32,000 bases of DNA from Methanosphaera stadtmanae DSM 3091. Its GTDB lineage: Archaea > Methanobacteriota > Methanobacteria > Methanobacteriales > Methanobacteriaceae. The notes below the pieces were generated by a model that was not told where the DNA came from, ran no database searches, and was given only the letters and a program-made list of their open reading frames with translations. Location: NCBI RefSeq assembly GCF_000012545.1, contig NC_007681.1:1020001-1052000 (forward strand), read 5' to 3'. This document shows, piece by piece, positions 10,701-20,000 of this stretch (position 1 is its first letter; every line of letters begins with the position of its first letter). Position numbers and translations under genes: made by a program.

Positions 10701-13678
10701 ATTATTTTATTATTATTAGAATTAGTTAAATTCATTACATAATCGCTTTGTGTGGTAATGGTTATGTTGTCTATGGTATTGTTATTTGAGTTTTCCATGA
10801 TTATTGCAATATCATTTATATTTATTGTTGTGTTGGATACGTTTTCTGCTAGTCCTAAGTATGTGTTTGTAGTATTTACTAGTTTTAAGAAGTTTCCTTT
10901 AGTGTTATATAAGGAGTCTTTTTTCATAATGATGGATGTAATATTAGTATTTTTTGAATTGACTTGTTCTATAGCAACTATATCTGAATTAGTATTATTT
11001 AATGTAGAAACATATGTTAAAGTATTGAATATTTTTGTGTTATTACTATTTTTTGTTAGTATTTCTCTTGCATAATTACCTATTATCTTGTAATGGATAT
11101 AAGAATATGTAATATCTAAACATGAAACTTTTATATTATTACTATTTTCTAGAAATATGCCTATACTTTTATTAGAGGTTATTGTGGATGTTCCATAGGA
11201 TTTGGTGAAGGAATTGTTGTTATTATGCAATGCTAAAGTTCCGTTTGAGATTATTCCATATGCTATATTATTTGAGGTTATGGCTAGATTTTGTATAATT
11301 ATTGTATTATCTTTAGAATCTTGTAATTCTATTCCTTTTGCATTTTCTGAGGTGTGTATGTATATTTGATTTTGGAGAGTGTTTTTATTTGAATTTATTA
11401 ATTGATTTCCAATTGCATTTCTGTTTGTATTAATATAAATATAATTATTATCAAGATAATTTTTATTACTATTATTTAATATTATACCTGTTGAAGTTGT
11501 ATTAATTATATCACTGGTTGTTGTCATATTGATTTTATTGTTTGTTAGGATATTATTTGATGAGTTTATTTTTATACCTATGTTATTTGTTGTAGTATTT
11601 ATGTTAATCTTGTTTGATTCTATATTATTATCATTTTTATTTATTATAATACCAGTATAGGAATTAAATATGTTTGTATTTATATTATTGTTTCTTATAA
11701 GGTTATTTGTAGTATTAACAAGTATTCCATATTGATTATTATCATTATTATTAATGTTTATTTTTTGAATAATCATTGAAGCATTGTTTATTATATTAAT
11801 TGAACCATTTACAATGTAAATTCCATTTTTACTTGAAAGAAATGCTTTTATATTAGAAAAAGTTAAATCTTTATTTGTAATATTACCTGTAATAGTAATA
11901 ATACTTCCATTTTCAACAATATCTGTTTTAATTACACCATTATTATCAAAATAAGTACTATAATTATCATCAGTTAAATTAACATAACTACCAGTTACTG
12001 GAATATTATCTTTAATAATATTATTATCATTAGATGATATTGCCATATTACCAGTTAATACTTGTGAATATATTGTATTATTAATAATAATATTATTTTT
12101 AGAATTTGTATTTAATGTGATAGAATAAATATCGTTAGTTTTTATAATATTGTTAGTGATATTATTATTATCACCTGTTATAGCAATATATTTAGTTATG
12201 GTATTATTAGTTACAGTAGTATTTCCTTTAAGATACATTCCATAACCATTAGTTGTGAAGTTTATAATATTACCTTTTATTGTAGTGTTACGATTAATAG
12301 TTGAATATATAGCAAAAGTTGTACCAGTTGTTACACTAAGTGATCCAAATAAACTTGATGGTTGCATATCATTAAATGATGAATTATATATTTCATTTTT
12401 AAGTGTAGCATTATCTTTACCAGTTACATAAATACCAGTACTTTTATTGAAAATACAATTATCTACATATAAATTACCTTCACTTTGATAAATATCAGTT
12501 TGTTGGTTATTTATAAATGTAGAATTAATAATATTAGTTACAAGTCCACTAATACCATGAATATTAAAATAGTCTGCTCTACCAGTATTTGATGCAATTC
12601 CACTACCAAATTTATAAGTACTAGCAGCATTATAAGCTTTTCCATCTTTAATTGTACAATTAATAATGTCAATAATTTTATCATTAGTTATAGTACCCCA
12701 ACGAGCAATATTACCAATAAATTGACTGTTTAATACAATTGCAGTACCATTATTGTAAATACCCGCTCCAAAATTACCAGTAGATGAAGCTTTTCTATTT
12801 TTTTGGAAAATGCTATTATTCACAATGAGTGTAGAACCATTATTATTTCTAATACCTGCTCCTACTCCTGCAAGATTTTCAAGGAAATACACATTATCTA
12901 CTTCAAGATTACCATAATTATCAACAGTAGCAGTAGGATATAGACTTATACTATCTCCACCATTAGTACCATTACTTAACATATGTTGAATATTAAGATT
13001 TTTAATAATAATTTTACCAGTACCATTTGTAATATTCATACCCCAATTACCACCATAAATATTGTAATAATTAAAGTATGAATCATCACCCCATACACTA
13101 GCACCCGCAACTGTATAATTTACTTCTCCATCAATAATGGTTTTATTAATTCCATCTCCAATGAAGTTTATTTTATAATCTCCATTTACTGTAAGGTTAG
13201 TGTTTCCAACACCAGTATATGTACCTGTGGATATGTGTATATTGTAGGTGTTATCTTTAGTGGTTTGTGTTATTGCTTGATTGATTGTTTTATATGGTTT
13301 GTCAATTGATCCATCGTTTGTATCTGATCCTTTGTCATTGGATACGTAGTAGTTTATTTCTGATTCTTTTTTAAGTGTTTTATTGGTTGTTTTTATTTCT
13401 TCTTTATTTTTTTGTTTTTGTGTTGTAATTTCTTTTGTTTTTATTTCTTTTTTTGGAGTAATCTCTGTTTTAGTATCTTTAATAGTAGACTTTAATTCTT
13501 TATTATCATTGGTTATTATTTTTTCTTTATTATCTATTGTTTGTGATGTTGTCGTGTCTATTGTTTGTTTTTCTATTGAAGTGGTAGTTGTAGTGTTTGT
13601 GTCTGCTGCTGTTATTGTTGAAAGTCCTAGTATTAATACTATTAACAGTATTGAAGACAGTAGTATTTTATTCTTCAT
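7781..13678 (-). CDS. ALP-A: giant secreted Asn/Thr-rich adhesin-like protein (1965 aa). Signal peptide, T/K/E-rich stalk, parallel beta-helix with Pmp-like repeats, C-terminal Ig-like domain repeats
   Basis: Uninterrupted 5.9-kb ORF. The N-terminus MKNKILLSSILLIVLILGLSTITAADT is signal-peptide-like. GSDTNDGSIDKPYKTINQAI is a beta-helix N-cap motif. GVGAGIRNNNGS...NSIFQKN and FGAGIYNNGTA...NSQFIGN resemble the GGAI/FxxN polymorphic-membrane-protein repeat. The C-terminus carries repeated GxVxFKVNGKT...DG.A...YT Ig-like units. GGAGG and GTGAT lie upstream of the ATG. Confidence 0.88.
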   Translation of the reverse strand: MKNKILLSSILLIVLILGLSTITAADTNTTTTTSIEKQTIDTTTSQTIDNKEKIITNDNKELKSTIKDTKTEITPKKEIKTKEITTQKQKNKEEIKTTNKTLKKESEINYYVSNDKGSDTNDGSIDKPYKTINQAITQTTKDNTYNIHISTGTYTGVGNTNLTVNGDYKINFIGDGINKTIIDGEVNYTVAGASVWGDDSYFNYYNIYGGNWGMNITNGTGKIIIKNLNIQHMLSNGTNGGDSISLYPTATVDNYGNLEVDNVYFLENLAGVGAGIRNNNGSTLIVNNSIFQKNRKASSTGNFGAGIYNNGTAIVLNSQFIGNIARWGTITNDKIIDIINCTIKDGKAYNAASTYKFGSGIASNTGRADYFNIHGISGLVTNIINSTFINNQQTDIYQSEGNLYVDNCIFNKSTGIYVTGKDNATLKNEIYNSSFNDMQPSSLFGSLSVTTGTTFAIYSTINRNTTIKGNIINFTTNGYGMYLKGNTTVTNNTITKYIAITGDNNNITNNIIKTNDIYSITLNTNSKNNIIINNTIYSQVLTGNMAISSNDNNIIKDNIPVTGSYVNLTDDNYSTYFDNNGVIKTDIVENGSIITITGNITNKDLTFSNIKAFLSSKNGIYIVNGSINIINNASMIIQKININNNDNNQYGILVNTTNNLIRNNNINTNIFNSYTGIIINKNDNNIESNKININTTTNNIGIKINSSNNILTNNKINMTTTSDIINTTSTGIILNNSNKNYLDNNYIYINTNRNAIGNQLINSNKNTLQNQIYIHTSENAKGIELQDSKDNTIIIQNLAITSNNIAYGIISNGTLALHNNNNSFTKSYGTSTITSNKSIGIFLENSNNIKVSCLDITYSYIHYKIIGNYAREILTKNSNNTKIFNTLTYVSTLNNTNSDIVAIEQVNSKNTNITSIIMKKDSLYNTKGNFLKLVNTTNTYLGLAENVSNTTININDIAIIMENSNNNTIDNITITTQSDYVMNLTNSNNNKIINNYLNGNNFRGGDSTIIQTNSKNNTLSNNIPEIIILTDDNYNDYFVNQIFNINKTVETTIGSDIYNKNMIFNHAITLKNPRNYTIYNGTITINSTETSNLNNLKLNITDDRKTIINIMTGKVNINNANITQTNNEKQAQTIYVNNNSTANIINTNITLNAPEINSEDNTKVSTATYSEGSLTISKGTITVNTTKTEENGKIIALINTNVSNTDITVNAKNNATAIFVNNKKVSISSTNITMNATQNTPIYIENSESSTINRNIILTNTTIQSIFKNTTNLSITKNNIIAENQTEIPLIIIENSNKATITENYLETKDLKGQLTIDVINSTDITMNQNKPGVLITNNNYNQYFTNQTLNDNINMIEFGSDLINKNMIFNHPVIIENPNNYTIYNGTIIFTENATNSNMTGINIHNTDDRQTSLEIYSTVTIKNNIIYHENNNTPAKIIIIGNTLTNVSPYIEDNNIQGKGNNITAIEIINAQFITLYDFNIKLESDNPTTAVKFINSTRVSISSSVIIVKAKNNGIPVIDIINGIRNKVTENYIESIDSQGNNAVKKTGKSNSVSNNFPIGEEFYQTQINITIPSEIKMGKTYPIMINVTSMMDKAVNGTVIVIINGNYLKETTLTLTDGIAIYNYTPTKDGENTIQITYRDGEGKYDENTITQTVNVDKINTILKVDSVKTTPNTQTNIQITLTDEDGNPLNGTVTVIDQYNNTFAIINVIDGKGIFTKIFRGNFNQNLTFIYEETETYNAINTTINVDIHKLSTTVTIDPINAQIGDKINLKATVTDEDGNPVTEGRLVFKVNGKTIKDTNGNIIYTTVTNGIAMIENYTVPANWFKIKSVLNVVYGGTSTYEQTRTNNTIPMNITKKTATMAMTTNTTTAKPGQTIKITVKITEKDANVNEGRVLFKVNGKTMRDNEGYIIYHEVKDGLVTIDYTIPENARAQDYTFTCVYGHKLYNRNDVNSTITVVKS

Positions 13679-13780
13679 ATTGAATCACGTTCCTCCCATG
13701 TTTTTTATAAGAAAAATAATCTAATTTTTTCTTATTTCCATTAAAAATTTCTAAATTTCTAATTAAAACAAAATTGATTT

Positions 13781-13802
13781 TAACTAAGTTTTATCTTAGT
13801 TA
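13781..13802 (-). promoter_or_regulatory. Conserved inverted repeat TAACTAAG-N6-CTTAGTTA in the ALP-A upstream leader
   Basis: AACTAAG at 13782-13788 and CTTAGTT at 13795-13801, an 8-bp stem when flanking bases are included. The same element occurs upstream of ALP-B and ALP-C. Confidence 0.45.
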
Positions 13803-13896
13803 TTATTAATTTAAGAAGGATTATATTTAAATTTAATCTAATTAAAGTAATAGTAAATAGTTTTAGAAAATAAATATAATTTATTAAATAAAGAAA

Positions 13897-13908
13897 GGGG
13901 GGGGGGGG
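13897..13908 (-). repeat. Homopolymeric tract G12 (C12 on the ALP coding strand), 218 nt upstream of the ALP-A ATG
   Basis: Counted directly: g at 13897-13908, flanked by a-runs. Confidence 0.95.
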
Positions 13909-13926
13909 AAAAATATATTGTTTTAT

Positions 13927-13934
13927 TTTATAAA
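13927..13934 (-). promoter_or_regulatory. TATA-like box TTTATAAA, 18 nt from the poly-C tract (candidate ALP-A promoter)
   Basis: Coding strand reads GTGAAATATTTTTATAAAATAAAACAATATATTTTT-C12, an A-rich BRE-like stretch followed by TTTATAAA. With the usual archaeal TATA position (about -30 to -23), the start site falls inside the tract. The same 18-nt spacing occurs at all three loci. Confidence 0.35.
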
Positions 13935-14051
13935 AATATTTCACGTGTTTATTTATAAAATAAAATAATATTTATCATTTCTTTTATTAATAACTCTTAT
14001 ATTTTTTGAATTATTAAAATAATTAAATCTTTTTATTGGATAATTTAATTT

Positions 14052-17000
14052 TTAGTTTTTTACTACAGTGATTGTACTGTTTACATCGTTTCTATTGTAT
14101 AATTTGTTTCCATATACACATGTGAATGTATAGTCTTGTGCTCTTGCATTTTCTGGTATTGTGTATGTTATTGTTACTAGTCCATCTTTTACTTCATGGT
14201 AAATTATATATCCCTCATTATCTCTCATGGTTTTACCATTTACCTTGAATAGGACACGTCCTTCATTTACATTAGCATCTTTTTCTGTTATTTTCACTGT
14301 TATTTTTATTCTTTCTCCTGGTTTTGCTGTTGTAGTGTTTGTTGTCATTGTCATTGTTGCTGTTTTTTTGGTTATATTCATTGGTATTGTGTTGTTTGTT
14401 CTTGTTTGTTCATATGTGCTAGTTCCACCATAAACTACATTTAGTACTGATTTTATTTTAAACCAGTTTGCTGGTACTGTGTAGTTTTCTATCATTGCTA
14501 CTCCATCTTTTATTGTTGCGTATATGATGTTTCCATTAGCATCTTTTATTGTTTTACCATTTACTTTGAATACTAAACGTCCTTCTGTTACAGGATTTCC
14601 ATCTTCATCTGTTACTGTTGCTTTTAGATTGATTTTATCCCCTATTTGTGCATTTATTGGATCTATTATTACAGTAGTGCTGAGTTTATGTATATCCACG
14701 TTTATTGTTGTGTTTATGGTGTTATATGTTTCTGTTCCGTCATAGATGAATGTTAGGTTTTGATTGAAGTTTCCTCTGAAGATTTTAGTAAATGTTCCTT
14801 TTCCATCAATTACATTGATTATTGCAAATGTGTTATTATATTGATCTATTACTGTTACTGTTCCATTTATTGGGTTTTCAAATTCATCTGTTAGTGTTAT
14901 TGGTATGTTTATACGTGTATTTGGTATTCCTTTTACTGAGTCTACTTTGAGTATAGCATTTATTTTATTTACTGTTATAGATTGAGTAATAGTGTTGTTT
15001 TCATATTTACCTGTTGGGTCATTGTATGTTATTTTTATTGTGGTTTCACCATCTTTTGTTGGTGTGTAGTTGTATGTGGCTATTCCATCTGTTAATGTTA
15101 AATTAGTTTCTTTATCTCCAATATTTAGTATAACAGTTCCATTTACTGGTTTGTCTAGCATACTTGTTACATTTATTGTAATTGGATATGTTTTACCTAC
15201 TTTTAATTCTGAAGGTAGTGTTGTTATGTTCATTTGTGTTCTATAGTTTCCATTTGTTGGTTTATTATTGTTTATACTAGCTGTTCCTGTTCCAATTTTT
15301 TTTACTGCATCGTTACCACATACATCTTCACTTTCAATGTAATTATTAGTTATGACATTAATTGTAGGATTGATTATTTCTATTATTGGTGTATCATAGT
15401 TTTTGGTTTTAACAATGACTATATTATTTGTAAGTCTTACTCCTTTGGAATTTATGAATCGTACTGCTGTTATTGGATTTTCACTTTCTAATGTAATATT
15501 ATTTGTAGTTATTCGTATTATAGCTGCAGTTTTACTGTTTGTTACTTCTATTGCTGTGATATTGGATCCTTTTCCATTAATGATATTACTTACTGAAGTT
15601 ATTATTTTTAGGTTGTTTAAGGTTATTATTGTTACATTTTTACCTATTGTTGTAATATTATTCCTACTAAATCCTACACTTCCTGTATTATTAACAATTA
15701 TTGTTTTTGCTGGATTATTAGTATTTTCTTGATATAATGTATTTTTTATTATATTTATTGAATTTGAGTATATTTCAAGGCTTGTTTGTCTATCATCTGT
15801 GTTATGTATGTTTATTCCAGTCATATTACTGTTTGTTGCATTTTTTGTAAAAATAATAGTTCCATTGTATACTGTGTAATTATTTGGATTCTCTATTATT
15901 ACAGGGTGATTGAAAATCATGCTTTTGTTAATTAAATCAGAACCAAATTCTATTATAGTTATATCTGAATTTAGTGTTTGATTTGTAAAGTACTGATTAT
16001 AATTTTCATTTGTTATTAGAACTCCTGGCCTGTTAAATGACATTGTAATATTTGTTGAATTTATTACTTTAACTGCATTATTTCCTTTTAAATCACTTGT
16101 CTCTAGATAATTTCCTATAATTCTTATATTATTTGAGTTTTCAATTATTATTAAATGAGTTTTACTTTGATTTTCTACTTTTATAATATTATTTGTGATA
16201 TTTATCACAGATCTGTTTTCAATTATATTTTGAGTGTTATTATTACTTATAAATATATTTTCATTTATTCTTGTTTCTATGAATGATGAAATATAGTTTT
16301 TTAAATATAATGGAGTATTGTTTGTACCATTTGTAATTATTTTATTATTCTCTAATGTTAAATATCCCTTAGTTTGTATTATTCCTGTTGTATATGGAGA
16401 ATTAAGAGTTATATTATTATCACGTAAAGATGTATGATTTTCACTGATTATTCCTATTGTTTGGTTTTTACTGTATAAATTAAAATTATTTGATCCTATA
16501 TTACTTACAGCAGTATCGTTAAAAATATTTTTTATAAATGCTATCGCATTGTTTTCAGAATTCATTGTGATATTAGACAAATATATAGATCCAATATTTA
16601 TCATTGCAATTATTTTTCCATTTTGTACAGTTTTTGTTGTATTTACTGTAATATTTCCCCTATATATTGTTAAGGATCCTTCTGAGTATGCTGCTGTTGA
16701 TACTTTGGTGTTATCTTCTGAATTTATTTCTGGTGCATTTAATGTTATATTTATATTCATTATATTTACTTTTGAATTTGTATTCACATATATTGTCTGT
16801 GCCTGATTTTCATTATTAATTTGTGTTATATTTGCATTATTAATATTTAGAGTTCCTGCCATAACATTTATAACTGTTTTTCTATCATCTGTTATGTTGA
16901 GTTTTAGAATATTTAAATTACTTGTTTCTGTACTGTTTATGGTTATTGTTCCATTGTATATTGTGTATTTTCTTGGATTTTTTAATGTAATTGCATTGTT

Positions 17001-20000
17001 AAATGTCATATTTTTATTGTAAATGTCTGATCCAAGTATTAATTCTACTGTTTTATTTATTATCCATGTTTGATTTATAAAGTATTGGTTATAATTATCA
17101 TTTGTTAAAATTATTACATTAGGTGTGTTGTTTTGTATGATATTATTTTGACTATTTGTTTGTATAACTGCACTATCTCCACCATAGAAGTTATTACCAT
17201 TGAGGTAATTGTTTATTATAGTATTATTGTTTGAGTTTGTTAAGTTTATAGTATAATCTGTATTGGTGTTTATGGTTATATTATCTATAATATTATTATC
17301 TGAATTTTCTAGTATAATTGCAATATTAACTATATTTATGTTAGCACTTGAAACGTTATTTCTTGAACCAAGATATGTATTTGTAGTATTTACTAGTTTT
17401 AAAAAGGTACTGTTGTAATTTACATAGCTTCCTGACGAAATATACTTCTGCATCCCAATAGCAGTTATATTAGTATTTTCTGAGTTAATTTGTTCTATTC
17501 CTATTAAATCAGGCATTTTATCACTTATTTCTTTTGTAATATGAATGCTTAAATAAAATATCTCTGTATTATTTGTATTTTTTGTTAATATTGTTCTTAC
17601 AGTATTACCTCTTGTAACATAATTCATTGAAGTTGATCTTGAAGATATATTAGTATTTGTTGTATTTTCTAATAATGTACCTATAATAGTATCTGCTGTT
17701 ATGTCTATGTTATTTGAAATAGTATTATTTTTATTTAATGCTTTTTCTCCAGTTATTATAGTTCCATATCCTGTATTATTACTTATTATGTTAATATAAT
17801 TATTTATTTGATTGTTTTGTGAGTTTATTAATTCTACTCCTTTTGCATTTTCTGATGCATATACATATATATTATCATTAATTATATTATTGTCTGATTT
17901 TATTAATTTTTCACCAATAGCATTAATATTACTCATCATAAGTATTCGATTACCAGATAGTATGTTATTATTTGTATTGGATTTTAAGTTTAATCCAATT
18001 ATTGTAGTATCTGTTATTTTAGAAATAGTTGTTGTATTGATTTTGTTGGATAATAAATAGTTATAAGATGATTCAATTGAAATACCTGTATTATTTGTTG
18101 TACTTGTAATATTAATAACATTTTTTTCTAAGTTATTATTATCTTTTTTTATTATAATAGCTTCAATAGGTTTATTAGAATCTATCATTATGTTATTGTA
18201 TGTTATAAGGTTATTATCACTATCAATAAGTAAACCTACTTTATTATTATTTATGATGTTTGTATTGTTAATAATCAAAGAAGCATTATTAATTATACTA
18301 ATTGAACCATTTTGTATGTAAATGTTTTTCTTAGATGAAAGAAATGCTTTTATATTAGAAAAAGTTAAATCTTTATTTGTAATATTACCTGTAATAGTAA
18401 TAATACTTCCATTTTCAACAACATCTGTTCTAATTATGCCCTTATCATCAAAATAAGTATTATAATTATTATTAGTTAAATTAATATAAATACCAGTTTC
18501 TGGAATATTATCCTTAATAATATTGTTATTATTATTGGATGATATAGCTTTATCACCAGTAAATACCTGAGAGTATATTGTGTTATTAATTATAGTATTA
18601 TTTTTAGAATTTCTATTTAATGTGATAGAATAAATATCGTTAGTTTTTATAATATTGTTAGTGATATTATTATTATCACCTGTTATAGCAATATATTTAG
18701 TTATGGTATTATTAGTTACAGTAGTATTTCCTTTAAGATACATTCCATAACCATTAGTTGTGAAGTTTATAATATTACCTTTTATTGTAGTGTTACGATT
18801 AACAGTTGAATATATAGCAAAAGTTGTACCAGTTGTTACACTAAGTGATCCAAATAAACTTGATGGTTGCATATCATTAAATGATGAATTATATATTTCA
18901 TTTTTAAGTGTAGCATTATCTTTACCAGTTACATAAATACCAGTACTTTTATTGAAAATACAATTATCTACATATAAATTACCTTCACTTTGATAAATAT
19001 CAGTTTGTTGGTTATTTATAAATGTAGAATTAATAACATTAGTTACAAGTCCACTAATACCATAGGGATTAAAATAGTCAGATCCACCAGTATTTGATGC
19101 AATACCACTACCAAATTTAAAAGTACTAGCAGCATTATAAGCTTTTCCATCTTTAATTGTACAATTAATAATATCAATAATTTTATCATTGGTTATAGTA
19201 CCCCAACGAGCAATATTACCAATAAATTGACTGTTTAATACAATTGCAGTACCATTATTATAAATACCTGCTCCATAATTACCAGTAGAAGATCCTTTTC
19301 TGTTTCCTTCAAATATTGAATTATTTACAAGTAGTGTTGAACCATTATTACTTCTGATACCTGCTCCTACTCCTGCGAGATTTTCAAAGAAATACACATT
19401 ATCTACTTCAAGATTACCATAATTATCAACAGTAGCAGTAGGATATAAACTTATACTACTTCCACCCCCCGTACCATTACTTAACATATGTTGAATATTC
19501 ATATTTTTAATAGTAATAATACCAGTACCTTTAGTAATATTCATACCCCAATTACCTTTAGTAATTATATATGAATTAAAATAAGAATCATCACCCCATA
19601 CACTAGCACCACCAATAGTATAATTTACTTCTCCATCAATGATTGTCTTATTAATTCCATCTCCTATGAAGTTTATTTTATAATCCCCATTTACTGTAAG
19701 GTTGGTGTTTCCAACACCAGTATATGTACCTGTGGATATGTGTATGTTGTATATGTTATCTTTAGTGGTTTGTGTTATTGCTTGATTGATTGTTTTATAT
19801 GGTTTGTCAATTGATCCATCGTTTGTATCTGATCCTTTGTCATTGGATACGTAGTAGTTTATTTCTGATTCTTTTTTAAGTGTTTTTATTTCTTCTTTAT
19901 TTTTTTGGTTTTGTGTTGTAATTTCTTTTGTTTTTATTTCTTTTTTTGGAGTAATCTCTGTTTTAGTATCTTTTATATTGGATTTTACTTCTTTATTATC

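Larger units (their letters stand above)
13679..14051. repeat. 373-bp ALP-B/ALP-A intergenic unit, near-identical copy of 20166-20540
   Basis: Direct comparison shows the same sequence apart from a few substitutions, G12 versus G9, an 8-bp duplication here (AATTTCTA x2, 13746-13761) and a 17-bp duplication in the other copy. Confidence 0.9.

Noticed and set aside
13721-13741. Six-codon upstream mini-ORF in the ALP-A leader (MEIRKN-stop), with MKIRKN-stop in ALP-B at 20208-20228
   Set aside because: It is shared only by the two recently duplicated leaders and is absent from the ALP-C leader. There is no ribosome-binding site, and such an ORF is easily produced by chance in AT-rich sequence.
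13897-13908. Poly-G tracts as assembly artefacts, G-quadruplexes or terminators of the upstream ALP gene
   Set aside because: An artefact is unlikely because three independent loci share the same flanks. A single G-run is not a canonical four-tract quadruplex. The terminator idea fails because ALP-A has no tract downstream of it, while ALP-C has one upstream with no ALP gene in front of it. Read-level confirmation is still advisable.
13942-13947. CACGTG palindrome distal to the tract (also at 20431-20436)
   Set aside because: It is present only in the two near-identical units and replaced by unrelated sequence (TACTGGAG) in the ALP-C region. There is therefore no independent evidence of constraint.
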